From NCBI GenBank assembly GCA_964430355.1, contig CAYSFW010000089.1, positions 81,750 to 145,749 of the forward strand: DNA of 64,000 bases. The letters are read 5' to 3'. This DNA comes from an uncultured Thiotrichales bacterium (GTDB lineage Bacteria; Pseudomonadota; Gammaproteobacteria; UWMA-0217). The number at the start of each line of letters is the position of its first letter. Position 1 is the first letter of the stretch. The notes beneath the pieces are model-generated. The model made no database searches and had not been told where the DNA came from. It saw nothing but the letters and a program-made list of their open reading frames with translations. Below, in pieces: positions 32,201 through 41,457 of the stretch. The translations under genes and the position numbers were made by a program.

Positions 32201-33607
32201 TTCAACGCCAACACGGGAGCCGAGATCCTGGCCTTTGTCCCGAATGCAGTGTTCGACAATCTGCCCAAACTGACCAAGCCGGCCTACGATCACGAGGCCT
32301 TCGTTGACGGGCAGTTGACGAGCGCCGAGGTCAAGCTGGCCAAAGGCGGATGGAGCACCGTGCTCGTCGGCGGCCTCGGAGTTGGCGGCAAGTCCGTGTT
32401 TGCGCTCAACATCACAAACCCGGCAGAGTTCAAGGAAAGCAATGCCAAAGACCTCGTGCTTTGGGAGTTCACGGATGCCAACCTGGGGCATGTTTTTGGC
32501 AAGCCGGTCGTCACGCGCCTGCGCGGGGGCAAGAATGCCGTGCTGTTTGGTAGCGGGTACAACGCCGGGGATGGTAGCGAGCCCGCCCTGTATATCGTTG
32601 ATATCGACACCGGCTCCCTCATTCGGCGCATCCCGGTGTCCAACGAGTTTTCCGACAATGCGATTGGCCAGATCCGCGCGGTCGATCTCGACGACGACAA
32701 TGTCACCGACATCGTGTTTGGCGGTGACCTTTACGGCAACCTGTGGGAGTTCGATTTGACAGGTTCGACATCGGCAGACTGGAGAGTGACCCGCGCAGTG
32801 GATGGCAAGCCGGCTCCCGTGTTCGTTGCGAGAAATGCCGCGAGCCAGCGCCAGCCGATCACCGCGGCACCCATGGTGCGCAAGCACCCGCTCGGGCGCG
32901 GCCTGCTGGTGTTCTTCGGCACCGGCAAGTACCTCGAGCAGGGCGACCTGAACGACACCCAGGTCCAGTCACTCTACGCCGTCTGGCTCAATGACAACCT
33001 CAAGGATGGGGCGCTCGAGGCGGAAGGCGTCGAAGTGCTGCGCAGCCAACTGCTGGCTCAGGACATCCTGTTGACTGCGACAGACGCTTTCAAAGGCAAG
33101 CATGCCCGCGTCACGACCAAACACAAGATAGACTGGTCTACGCACAAGGGGTGGTATATCGACCTCGACACCGAAGCCGGTGAGCGCGCGCATCAGTCGC
33201 CCTTCCTGCGCGGCGGGCGGGTAATCTTCGCTACCCTGACACCCTCGGCCGACACGTGCGCCGGCGGCGGCAGCAGCTGGTTGTATGAGTTGGATTTCGC
33301 CTCGGGCAGCCGCCTTAAGACCACGCCGTTCGACTACAATGACGACCGCTCGTTCAACACATCCGACCATGTGACAGTAAACTGGGACGAGAACGGTGAC
33401 GACAAGGTCGATTCCAAGGATCGTGTCGTTGGCAGCGCAATCCGCCTTGACGATACGGGCATTGCCTTTTTGGACGGCGGCTCCGTCCTGATGCACCAGG
33501 ATCACGAGCTCAAGTTGCTGGGCACCTCGGTGGGCGGTGTTCAACCGGTCGGTGAGTCGGGCGCCGTCACGCCGCCGACGACCTGGCGTCAGCTCCAGGA
33601 GCCCTGA
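29264..33607 (+). CDS. pilY1: Type IV pilus tip adhesin / biogenesis factor PilY1 (unusually long, 1447 aa)
   Basis: Signal peptide, and a C-terminal PilY1 beta-propeller with Ca-binding loop region (DIDTGSLIRRIPV, VDLDDDNVTDIVFGGDLYGNLWEFDL). Operon context. Confidence 0.85.
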   Translation: MSQPTLHRMLLRALWFATVATLIPGTGVAALNISHTPLFLGGQQAPLTLLVMGRDHKLYYEAYNDASDLDGDGDLEVRFKPSIDYYGYFNSYACYDYNAASKRFVPAAATPDKTCSGKWSGNFLNYLTMSRMDLLRKVLYGGYRSVDTATETVLERVYIPQDAHSWGKEYTSKAVDGFDIAKYTPLSEPTAGRRHLFANTTRFHDTSQLPLLRVVQNTQARVMEWVSKERLVAESSTSTGLTLAPTDYVVRVQVCSTTATETDCKRYPAGNFKPVGLLHQYGENDSMYFGLLTGSYQKNTSGGVLRKAMSSFKDEVDANNGRFTSTIGIVKTLDRLRITGFGSGYAYNDNCGWITTKPISEGECRMWGNPIAEMMYEGLRYFAGKAKPSNEFKINATGNDDAALGLPLATWNDPYDTTKGGFKECAKPFELVISDINPSFDTDQLPGSVFNSISTDLSGMNVATAAATITVGEPDALGLHFIGQSGTHYDGAPSAKIVAGLSSIRGLAPEEPTKQGGYYSASVAFHGKTKDLHSAPGDQKVETLAVTLASPLPKIEIPVAGRKVTLVPFAKSVAGFGISPDASKFQPTNQIVDFNVTQVSNTNAGNKDTSVNGGRPYYRFSINFEDVEQGADHDMDAIVEYTIAVTEDGKIRVALNSTYAAGSIVQHMGYVISGTSADGTYLEVRDKDTSAAADPDYFLDTPPGVTPGSAVAWQDRQALPLQTERVFTPSDTPAATLLKDPLWYAAKWGGFKDLNGNGLPDKGEWDSRVAGSPDNYFLVTNPGELNNQLAKAFSTLADKATSGSAAAVNGLSTRTATTAFQAIFDAKDWSGDLRAFKLNNNGTLGDIKWKASDQLKNVNPDSRVILTYDPKKGEGAPFRWVKLAPEQKRAIREGDGADDPGVKRVAYLRGDRTDEGSTYRKRSSLLGDVVNSAPLYVAAPSPYNRVEAAEMSAYNSFASGFAGRTPMVFVGANDGMLHGFNANTGAEILAFVPNAVFDNLPKLTKPAYDHEAFVDGQLTSAEVKLAKGGWSTVLVGGLGVGGKSVFALNITNPAEFKESNAKDLVLWEFTDANLGHVFGKPVVTRLRGGKNAVLFGSGYNAGDGSEPALYIVDIDTGSLIRRIPVSNEFSDNAIGQIRAVDLDDDNVTDIVFGGDLYGNLWEFDLTGSTSADWRVTRAVDGKPAPVFVARNAASQRQPITAAPMVRKHPLGRGLLVFFGTGKYLEQGDLNDTQVQSLYAVWLNDNLKDGALEAEGVEVLRSQLLAQDILLTATDAFKGKHARVTTKHKIDWSTHKGWYIDLDTEAGERAHQSPFLRGGRVIFATLTPSADTCAGGGSSWLYELDFASGSRLKTTPFDYNDDRSFNTSDHVTVNWDENGDDKVDSKDRVVGSAIRLDDTGIAFLDGGSVLMHQDHELKLLGTSVGGVQPVGESGAVTPPTTWRQLQEP

Positions 33608-33609
33608 CC

Positions 33610-34098
33610 ATGCAAATCACTTTACCGGAATCGACGCCAATGGACGCGCACGCGATGCAACGCGGTTTCACCCTGATCGAGCTGATGTTGACCCTGGTCA
33701 TCATCGGTATCCTGGCCTCGCTCGCCTACCCCTCCTACCAGGAGCAGGTGCGCAAGGGACGGCGCACCGATGCGGTGGTGTCGCTCAACCGGGCCGCGCA
33801 TACGCTGGAGCGGTGTTTCGCAACGAATCTGACCTACGACGACTGCCTCGTCGGCACCGACAGCAGCGGCAACGAAGTCCGCACGGCCGTCGGTGCCGGG
33901 GCGGCCGTCTCGGTGCCGTCAGGTGAGGGTCTGTACACCGTATCGATCCGGTTGCCAACCGCGACCACCTATCAGCTCAGTGCCGCACCAGCGCCCTCGG
34001 GCGTCATGGTGGGTGATGCGCGCTGCGGCACCTATTCGCTCGATCAGACCGGCACGAAAACCGTCAGCGGGTCGGGCAAGGTCAGCGACTGCTGGTAG
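33610..34098 (+). CDS. pilE: Type IV pilus minor pilin PilE
   Basis: Prepilin motif ...MQRG|FTLIELMLTLVIIGILA. AGGAG lies 9 nt before the first ATG; internal ATGs at 33640 and 33655 are alternative starts. Confidence 0.8.
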   Translation: MQITLPESTPMDAHAMQRGFTLIELMLTLVIIGILASLAYPSYQEQVRKGRRTDAVVSLNRAAHTLERCFATNLTYDDCLVGTDSSGNEVRTAVGAGAAVSVPSGEGLYTVSIRLPTATTYQLSAAPAPSGVMVGDARCGTYSLDQTGTKTVSGSGKVSDCW

Positions 34099-34148
34099 CG
34101 CTGCTCGCGCCAGGGACGCGCTGATGGGTTCGGTCCCGCCCACCTTAG

Positions 34149-34237
34149 CGGGGAGCGGATCAGGGTTAGTGGGTAACTGACTGATTCAGAAATTCTTTTC
34201 CCTTGCCCCTCGGCCTCTCCCAGAGGGTGCGGCGATT
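34149..34237. repeat. REP/MITE-like hairpin element, copy 1 (G-rich arm GGGGAGCGG..GGGTTAGTGGG, loop, C-rich arm TCCCTTGCCCCTCGGCCTCTCCCAGAGGG)
   Basis: Copy 1 sits in the convergent pilE/trmO gap. It matches the elements at 49258-49352 and 50666-50765. Confidence 0.7.
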
Positions 34238-34971
34238 CAATCAGCGCTTCCCGACGACGCTACTGCAATCTCCACAACCTGGGCCATATGCCCGGTGATG
34301 ACCGCCCTGACGTCATATCGATCCAGCCGAAAGCCGTAGCGGCGCCCATCCTCGGATCCGCCCCGATAGGCGGGGCGGGGGTCTGTGCAGAGCAGTGCCG
34401 TGATGAGTGCGTGGAAGTCCAGGCCGCTCGCGGCGCTTGCGGCCGCGCACTGCGCAAGCGCGGCGTCGGACCATACCACTTCGAGCCGCGTAGGGGGCGC
34501 CTCGTCCGCGAAGCCGCAGACGGCGTCGGGAATCGCGTCCGTGTAGGCCACGTAAGGCTTGATGTCGAGCACCGGCGTGCCGTTGAGGAGATCATGGCCC
34601 CGGATTTCGAGCTGCACGCCGGCGTCGGTGGCGTTGACACCAACCAGGCGCACCGCCGACAGGCCGATGCGGTTTGGCCGGTAAGTCGCTCGGGTGGCAA
34701 ACACGCCAACGCGCGCATTGCCGCCGAGCCGCGGCGGCCGCACGGTGAGCGAGGTGGATTCCGCTGTGATGGCGTGTAGATGGAATATCACCCAGAGGTG
34801 GGAGTAGGCATCCAGGCCCCGCACGGCCTCTGCGCGATCGTAGGGCGGGAGCAGTTCGATGATTCCGGGGACGTCCACGAGCCCGGGTTGGCGCGGGATC
34901 GCAAATTTCTCACGAAAAGGCGAGCGCACGATCCCAATGGGGCGGATGTCGCTGTCGCTGAACGTTGGCAT
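34237..34971 (-). CDS. trmO: tRNA (N6-threonylcarbamoyladenosine) methyltransferase TrmO/TsaA (YaeB family)
   Basis: MPTFSDSDIRPIGIVRSPFREKFAIPRQPG and LLNGTPVLDIKPY blocks typical of YaeB. Confidence 0.85.
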   Translation of the reverse strand: MPTFSDSDIRPIGIVRSPFREKFAIPRQPGLVDVPGIIELLPPYDRAEAVRGLDAYSHLWVIFHLHAITAESTSLTVRPPRLGGNARVGVFATRATYRPNRIGLSAVRLVGVNATDAGVQLEIRGHDLLNGTPVLDIKPYVAYTDAIPDAVCGFADEAPPTRLEVVWSDAALAQCAAASAASGLDFHALITALLCTDPRPAYRGGSEDGRRYGFRLDRYDVRAVITGHMAQVVEIAVASSGSAD

Positions 34972-35089
34972 GTGCGCGATCCTGTCGCACGGCGGCGTGC
35001 AATGCAATGCTGCCACGGCAGGCGTGTCTTGGACTAAACAGAAGTTTTCTGGGTGTTTCTGGATTTCCTCTGAAGAAATTCCATTTCCT

Positions 35090-35245
35090 CGCAATATTTG
35101 GTCATTAAGCCATTTATATTCATATAGTTAAAATTTCTAATATACGCTGTCTATCTTGACCTGAAGGTGCCCCGATGAAACTATGAATGGCCCCATGCCT
35201 GCGATTTCCTGGACTGGATTCATCATAGGTTAATAAATTCACATT
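35090..35245 (+). promoter_or_regulatory. AT-rich (~30% GC) promoter island upstream of the moxR-bat operon; contains TTGACC and several TATA-like hexamers
   Basis: A 150-bp AT-rich tract immediately upstream of the operon, in an otherwise ~67% GC sequence. The -35/-10 assignment is tentative. Confidence 0.45.
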
Positions 35246-36202
35246 ATGGGCGTCTCGCAACTCCAGCCGATCCGCGACCACCTGCACAAATGTATCGTTG
35301 GACAGGAGGCGCTCATCAACAGCATGCTCGTCTGCCTGCTGAGCGATGGCCACATGCTGCTCGAAGGCATGCCCGGGTTGGCGAAGACCACCGCGGTGAA
35401 GGCGTTGGCCGATGCCATCGAGGCGGATTTCCACCGCATCCAGTTCACGCCGGACCTCTTGCCTTCGGACTTGATCGGCACCGACATCTTTCTGCAGGAC
35501 AAGGGGGCGTTCGAGTTTCGCCCCGGACCGATCTTCCACAATGTGCTGCTCGCTGACGAGGTGAACCGCGCACCGGCCAAGGTGCAGTCGGCGTTGCTCG
35601 AGGCGATGGCGGAACACCAGGTCACGGTCGGGCAGCGCACCTACCCGCTCCCGGCGTTCTTCATGGTGCTGGCGACGCAAAACCCGATCGAGCAGGAGGG
35701 CACCTTCAATCTGCCCGAGGCGCAGCTCGACCGGTTTCTCATGCATGTCTGGGTCGATTATCCGGACCGCGAGCAGGAGTTGCGCATCCTCGCGCTGGAT
35801 GCGCGACGCCAGCGCGAACCGGTCCCGCCGCCGGCCGAGAAGCTGCCGCTGGAAACGCTGTTCCGCCTGCGCGAAGAGGTGGCCGGGGTCTATCTCGACC
35901 CCAAACTCAACGAGTACATCGTCGATCTGGTGATCGCGAGCCGCCAGCCCCGGCTCTACGATGTGGATCTCGCGCGCTGGCTGCGCTTCGGCGCCTCGCC
36001 GCGCGCCTCGATCGCCTTGGCCCGCTGTGCGCGTGCCCAGGCCTGGCTGGATGGCGATGCCTACGTCGCGCCCCACCATATCCAGCAGGTCGCGCCGGAG
36101 GTGCTGTGCCACCGCATCCTGCTCACCTTCGAAGGGGAGGCCGATGGCATCACGGCCAACGACGCGGTGCGGCGGTTGCTGGAGATCGTGGCGATTCCGT
36201 AA
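35246..36202 (+). CDS. moxR: MoxR-family AAA+ ATPase
   Basis: Walker A GMPGLAKT, Walker B LLADEVNRAP and full-length MoxR similarity. Confidence 0.95.
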   Translation: MGVSQLQPIRDHLHKCIVGQEALINSMLVCLLSDGHMLLEGMPGLAKTTAVKALADAIEADFHRIQFTPDLLPSDLIGTDIFLQDKGAFEFRPGPIFHNVLLADEVNRAPAKVQSALLEAMAEHQVTVGQRTYPLPAFFMVLATQNPIEQEGTFNLPEAQLDRFLMHVWVDYPDREQELRILALDARRQREPVPPPAEKLPLETLFRLREEVAGVYLDPKLNEYIVDLVIASRQPRLYDVDLARWLRFGASPRASIALARCARAQAWLDGDAYVAPHHIQQVAPEVLCHRILLTFEGEADGITANDAVRRLLEIVAIP

Positions 36203-36222
36203 TCCTCCACGCAGCAGATTCC

Positions 36223-37146
36223 ATGCCCTCGCTTCGCCCCCAGCTCGACGACCTCCTCGAGATCCGACACCAGGCCCGCACGCTGGGGCTTGAGTCGCAC
36301 CACCTCGTCAATTCGGCGCTCGTCGGGTTGTACGCATCGGCCTTCAAGGGCAGCGGCCTCAATTTCGACGAGACCCGCGAATACCGCGAGGGGGACGACA
36401 TCCGCAACATGGACTGGCGGGTGACGGCGCGCACCGGCCGTCCACACCTCAAGGTGTTCCGCGAGGAGCGCGAGCGCAGTGTCATGTTCTGCGTCGATCA
36501 GGGCCCGCACATGCATTTCGGCACGCGCGGGACGTTCAAATCCATCCAGGCCGCGCGTGCGACGGCGCTGCTCGGCTGGTCCGCGAGCATGGCCCACGAG
36601 CGCGTGGGCGCCCTGCTCTTCGGTGATCCGACCCACGAGTACCGGCACTTCCGGTCGACGCGCAGCCGCCGGGCCCTGTGGCGCACGCTGCATGCCCTCA
36701 CTGAGGTCACCGCGCGCGGAGCGGCTGACCCGGCCTATCTGGGCCACGCCCTGCAGCGTCTGGAGCGCGGCCTGCACGCCGGGTCCGTCGTCTTCGTGAT
36801 CGGTGCGTTCGATGTCGAGCCGGGTTCGATCGAGCGCGTGCTCGGCGGCCTGCGTCAGAAGCACACGCTGGTGCTGCTGCCGGTCGACGACCCGGCGGAT
36901 TTCGAGCTGCCGGCGATGGGCAAGGTCGTCTTCAGCGGTCCCGATGGCCGTCTGCTGGAGGTCGACACCAGCGACGAGGAAGGCCGCCGCCGCTACCGGG
37001 AGGACTGGGAGCGCCGCCGCGGCGACCTGCGTCGGCTTGCGGGGCGGCTCGGCATCCCGCTGCTGCCGATTCGCACGGATGTCGATGTGCACCGCGCGCT
37101 CACCGCCGGACTGCGCGAACGGATCTCGCGACGCAGGCTCAATTGA
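36223..37146 (+). CDS. DUF58 protein (vWA-like, MoxR-associated)
   Basis: Conserved DUF58 block YREGDDIRNMDWRVTARTGRPHLKVFREERERSV; second gene of the Bat operon. Confidence 0.85.
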   Translation: MPSLRPQLDDLLEIRHQARTLGLESHHLVNSALVGLYASAFKGSGLNFDETREYREGDDIRNMDWRVTARTGRPHLKVFREERERSVMFCVDQGPHMHFGTRGTFKSIQAARATALLGWSASMAHERVGALLFGDPTHEYRHFRSTRSRRALWRTLHALTEVTARGAADPAYLGHALQRLERGLHAGSVVFVIGAFDVEPGSIERVLGGLRQKHTLVLLPVDDPADFELPAMGKVVFSGPDGRLLEVDTSDEEGRRRYREDWERRRGDLRRLAGRLGIPLLPIRTDVDVHRALTAGLRERISRRRLN

Positions 37147-37727
37147 TGGACGCCGTCTCCCGCCTCAGTGACATTCGCGACCTCGACCCCGTGAGCTGGT
37201 GGCCGCCCGCGCCCGGCTGGTGGCTGGTGCTCGCCGGTGTGCTCCTGCTCGCCTTCGCTGGCTATGCGGCGTGGCGGCGGTGGCGCGATCGGCGGCATCG
37301 GTGGCGGCGGGATGCACGCCTGCAGCTCGTGGCGCTGCGCCGATCGTTGCGCGCGGGCGATCCCAAGGCCGTTGCCGGCGAACTCTCGCAGCTCATCCGC
37401 CGCATTGCCATGGCCCGCTGTGGGCGCGCAGCGTGTGCGGGCCTGACCGGATCGGCCTGGCTCGCCTGGCTCGGCGCCCACGATCCCCAGGGCTTCGACT
37501 GGCCGCGCGAGGGGCGCGTCCTGCTCACGCTTCCCTATGCCCCGCAGGGCAGCGAGGCGGACCGGAGGTCGCTGCGTCGCTTGCTCGCCGCCTTGCGCCC
37601 CTGGGTCGAGGTCGAGTCCAGCGCGGGTACGGCACTCCCCGCGCGTGGGCCGTTCTGGCGCCTGCGCACGGGCACCCTCGCCCAGACGCCGCCATCGGGC
37701 TCTCCAGCCAAGGTGAGACAGGTTTGA
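37143..37727 (+). CDS. DUF4381 membrane protein of the Bat operon
   Basis: N-terminal TM (WWPPAPGWWLVLAGVLLLAFAGYAAW) followed by WRRWRDRR; position between DUF58 and batA. Confidence 0.7.
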   Translation: MMDAVSRLSDIRDLDPVSWWPPAPGWWLVLAGVLLLAFAGYAAWRRWRDRRHRWRRDARLQLVALRRSLRAGDPKAVAGELSQLIRRIAMARCGRAACAGLTGSAWLAWLGAHDPQGFDWPREGRVLLTLPYAPQGSEADRRSLRRLLAALRPWVEVESSAGTALPARGPFWRLRTGTLAQTPPSGSPAKVRQV

Positions 37728-37838
37728 AGATGAGGACCCGCCGCGCACTCAACCGCTCACCGAGCCCTGCCGCAGGCCGGACACGCCCAGCCCGGCCCGC
37801 ATCAGGAAGCTCGATCGCGAGGCGATCCGTCTGAAGGC

Positions 37839-38873
37839 ATGTTCAGTTTCGCCTCCCCTTGGTTTGCCCTGCTTTTGCCGCTGCCCTGGCTGGTGCGCCG
37901 TTTCTGGCGGGCACGGGCCCGCGAGGCGGTCATCGACGAGGCGGCGCGCACGACGCTCAGGCATCCGGCGCTGCGTCACCTGGAGCGGGCGTTCCACACG
38001 GTGGAGGCGCGCGCCTCATCGGCCGACCGTCGGCGCGAGGCCCTGCTGTGGCTGGTGTGGATCTGCGGCGTGCTGGCGCTGATGAACCCGCAGTGGCTCG
38101 AATCACGCACCGAGACGCGCACCGCGGGCTACGACCTGATGCTCGCGATTGACGGATCGCGCTCGATGGAGGCGCTCGACTTCAGTTCTGGCAACCGCCA
38201 AGTGACCCGCATGGCGGTGGTCAAGGGCGTGATGGACCGCTTCATCGAGGCACGCAAGGACGACCGCATCGGGCTCATCCTGTTTGGCGACCTTGCCTAC
38301 GTCCTCTCGCCGCTGACCGCGGACACAGCGGCGGTGCGCCATCTGCTCAGCACCGCCGAGACGCGCATGGCGGGCGACGGCACCGCGATCGGGGATGCGA
38401 TCGCGCTCGGCACGAAGAAACTCCGCGAACGCCCCGAGGGGTCGCGCGTGCTGGTGTTGATCACCGACGGCGAAAACACGGGCGGGCTGCTGCCACCCGA
38501 TGCCGCGGTCGAGCTTGCCCGGCAGTTCAAGGTGCGCATCTACACCATCGGCGTAGGCAGCGTCGGCCTGGTGCCGATCCGGGAGAACGGCCAGCTCGTC
38601 ATGGAGCGCATGGGCATCGACGAGCCGTTGTTGCAGCGCATCGCCGCGCAGACCGGGGGTGCGTACTTCCGGGCCACCGACGAACGGGCGTTGAACGAGA
38701 TTTATCAACGCATCGACAGCCTGCAGAAAACCACGGTCGAGACGCGCACGCTGTGGATCCCGACGACCCTCTACCGCTGGCCGCTCGCGCTGGGCCTGTT
38801 GGCGCTCGCCTGGCTGGGCGCTCACCCGGATGGCAACCGGCGGCGCTGGCGGCGCGGGAGGGCAGCGGCGTGA
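37839..38873 (+). CDS. batA: vWA-domain aerotolerance protein BatA
   Basis: Two N-terminal TMs, then the vWA MIDAS motif DLMLAIDGSRSM. Confidence 0.85.
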   Translation: MFSFASPWFALLLPLPWLVRRFWRARAREAVIDEAARTTLRHPALRHLERAFHTVEARASSADRRREALLWLVWICGVLALMNPQWLESRTETRTAGYDLMLAIDGSRSMEALDFSSGNRQVTRMAVVKGVMDRFIEARKDDRIGLILFGDLAYVLSPLTADTAAVRHLLSTAETRMAGDGTAIGDAIALGTKKLRERPEGSRVLVLITDGENTGGLLPPDAAVELARQFKVRIYTIGVGSVGLVPIRENGQLVMERMGIDEPLLQRIAAQTGGAYFRATDERALNEIYQRIDSLQKTTVETRTLWIPTTLYRWPLALGLLALAWLGAHPDGNRRRWRRGRAAA

Positions 38874-39892
38874 CCCCGGGCTTCGCCTTCGCCGAACCTG
38901 CCTGGCTGCTTGGGTTGTTGCTGCCGGTCGCGGTGTGGTTCTGGCTCCGCAGCTCCGCCCCGGCGCCCCGCCAGACTGAAATCGCGCGCTACGCCGATGC
39001 CCATCTGCTGCCGCACCTGAGTGGGCAGACGCGCGCGGAGGGGCCCGCGCACCAGCGTTGGTTCGTGTTCTGGGCGCTGGCCTGGACACTCGGGGTGGTC
39101 GCGCTCGCCGGGCCGCGCTGGGATTTCCGCGAGGAGCGCCTCTACCGCCCGGCCAATGATCTCGTCGTCGTGCTTGACATATCCCGCTCGATGCTCGTCG
39201 ACGACGTGAAACCCTCGCGTCAGCAGCGCGCCCGGCAGGAGATCGAGGACCTGATCAACCTGCGCCCGGAAGTGCGACTCGGGCTGATCGCCTTTGCCTC
39301 CACCGCGCACGTGATCGCGCCGCTGACCGAAGACTACGCGGGCATCCTGCATACCCTGCCCTCGATCACGCCGGAGCTGGTGAGCCTCCCCGGCAGCCGC
39401 CTGACGGTCGCGCTGCGCCAGGCGGAGTTTCTGATCGCCGCCGACCCTGACAGCCGCGGGCGGTCGATCCTCGTGGTGAGCGATGGCGACATCGCCGACT
39501 CCAACCTGTTTGCCACCGTCGGGGCGCTGCGGCAGAAAGGCATCACGGTGCACGCCCTCGGCATCGGCACGCCGGCGGGGGGCAGCGTGCCGGGCGCGGA
39601 AGGCCAGCCCCTGCTCGATGCACGGCGGGAGCCGATACGGTCCGCGTTGAACGAGGCGGTGTTGCGGGCGATCGCCCGCGAAGGCGGCGGGCTGTACGTG
39701 GTCGCGAACTACCAGGACGACGACATGCGCAAGCTGCTCGCCGCCGTCGCCAGCGCGGGCGCGGGCGCGGGCATCCAGCAGGACGAGGGGCGCGTGCTCA
39801 TCTGGAACGAGCGCTACGGACTGCCGCTTGCCCTTAGTCTGATGTTGCTCCTGCCCTGGTTTCGCAAGGTCCAGCGCCGGGGTGCGCGATGA
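38870..39892 (+). CDS. batB: vWA-domain protein BatB
   Basis: GTG start overlapping the batA stop (GTGA), TM region, then vWA DLVVVLDISRSM. Confidence 0.8.
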   Translation: MTPGFAFAEPAWLLGLLLPVAVWFWLRSSAPAPRQTEIARYADAHLLPHLSGQTRAEGPAHQRWFVFWALAWTLGVVALAGPRWDFREERLYRPANDLVVVLDISRSMLVDDVKPSRQQRARQEIEDLINLRPEVRLGLIAFASTAHVIAPLTEDYAGILHTLPSITPELVSLPGSRLTVALRQAEFLIAADPDSRGRSILVVSDGDIADSNLFATVGALRQKGITVHALGIGTPAGGSVPGAEGQPLLDARREPIRSALNEAVLRAIAREGGGLYVVANYQDDDMRKLLAAVASAGAGAGIQQDEGRVLIWNERYGLPLALSLMLLLPWFRKVQRRGAR

Positions 39893-41340
39893 GGTGGGCG
39901 GCAAGCCTCGTGTTGGCCTTGCTGCTCGCCGTCACCGGCGTGGTGTGGGGCGACTGGTTTCAGCGCCAGGACGACCTTGCGCGGGAGGCGTACCGGTCGG
40001 GCGACTACGCGACCGCGGCGAGCACGTTCGAAGACCCCTATCGGCGGGGGGTGGCGCTGTATCGCGCCGGCCAGTACGAGGAGGCAGCGCATGCGTTTGC
40101 CAGCGTGACGCGCGAGGCGGTCAAGCTCGATGCGAAATACAACTTCGGCAACGCGCAGTTCCAGTTGCAGCGCTTCGATGCGGCGATCCAGGCCTACGAG
40201 GAGGTGCTGAAGGCCGATCCCAGCCGCGAGGACGCGGGACGCAACCTCGCGCTCGCGAGATCACTGACCGGCGTGAAGGAGACCGAGAAAGACGCGCCAC
40301 CGCCGAAGCCCGAAACGAAGCAGCCCGCGCCAGAGCAGGACCCTGAGACGCAGACGATGCAAGCGCCTGAGAGCCACTCGTCCGAACAGCGCGAGCAACA
40401 GGCCCAACAGCCGCAATCCCAGCAGCAACAGTCCCAGCAGCAGGGCGGGGCGCAGCCGTCGGCGGAGTCGGCGCAGGCGCAGTCATCTGCTGGGCAGAAC
40501 ACCTCATCGACGGGGGATTCGTCGGATGCGGCGTCGGATCGGTCCGATTCGAAGGCGGGAGAGCGCTCCCGGGCGGCTGACGCTGACGACACGGCGCAGA
40601 CCGAAAAGGCCGGCGATCAGCAGGACAAAGCCGGGGGACAGTCCTCCGGAAAACCCGAATCCAGTGACGCCTCGCGTCAGCGAACCGAGAGCGCGGAGCA
40701 GCGCGGCCAGGCACGCGAGCGGCAGTCGCGGGAGGCCGAGTCAGCGAAGTTCAGCCACGACGAGCGGGCGGGGGAAAGCCAAGCCGAGCCGCAGCGCAAG
40801 GCCGGCGCCTCTGAGTCCGAGCCCCGTCGGCAGGATGGTACGGCAGCGCACGAGGCCGCCGAGCCCCGGCCAGATGCGCCACTCCGGAAGCCGGAGGGCA
40901 CCGAAGGACGGGCTTCAGGCGGCGAGCGGGACCGCCAGCAGTCCGGTGCCGGCCGTGAAATGCCGCGCGAGGTGCTGGAGGCGGCAGGCCGGCACCAAGC
41001 GGAGCGCGAGTCGGGCCAGCACGCAGGCGAAGCGAGGCAGGCCAGTCCGTCATCGCCGCCACGGTCGGCCGCCGCTTCGCCGGAGGCGCCGGGCACCTCC
41101 TCCGCTGCGGTGAAAGAATTCACGCAGATACCGGGTGAGAAAGGCGGCGGAGCGGACCGGTCCGAGGCGACTTCAGCGGGCGAGCAGCCGTTGCCTGCAT
41201 CGAACCCTGCCTTGATCGAACTGCAGTTGTCGCAAGTCGAGGCCAACCCGACAGCCCTGCTCAAGCGCCAGTTCCAGTGGGAGGAACAGCGCCTGCTGCG
41301 GGAACAGGGCGGGTACTTTTTCGAGTCGCGGCCTTGGTGA
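39889..41340 (+). CDS. batC: TPR-repeat protein BatC with long Q/S/E-rich low-complexity linker
   Basis: ATGA overlap with batB. A TM, TPR units and a ~250-aa low-complexity acidic/Gln-rich region. Confidence 0.75.
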   Translation: MRWAASLVLALLLAVTGVVWGDWFQRQDDLAREAYRSGDYATAASTFEDPYRRGVALYRAGQYEEAAHAFASVTREAVKLDAKYNFGNAQFQLQRFDAAIQAYEEVLKADPSREDAGRNLALARSLTGVKETEKDAPPPKPETKQPAPEQDPETQTMQAPESHSSEQREQQAQQPQSQQQQSQQQGGAQPSAESAQAQSSAGQNTSSTGDSSDAASDRSDSKAGERSRAADADDTAQTEKAGDQQDKAGGQSSGKPESSDASRQRTESAEQRGQARERQSREAESAKFSHDERAGESQAEPQRKAGASESEPRRQDGTAAHEAAEPRPDAPLRKPEGTEGRASGGERDRQQSGAGREMPREVLEAAGRHQAERESGQHAGEARQASPSSPPRSAAASPEAPGTSSAAVKEFTQIPGEKGGGADRSEATSAGEQPLPASNPALIELQLSQVEANPTALLKRQFQWEEQRLLREQGGYFFESRPW

Positions 41341-41457
41341 TCCGCCGGGGCACCGTGCGACTGCGGACTGCACTTGTAACGTGGATCGGCCCATCGTGGG
41401 ACTTGAGGACATGAACTTGGGAGGTGGCACCAGTTGAAACGCAGGAATCGTTGCCGG

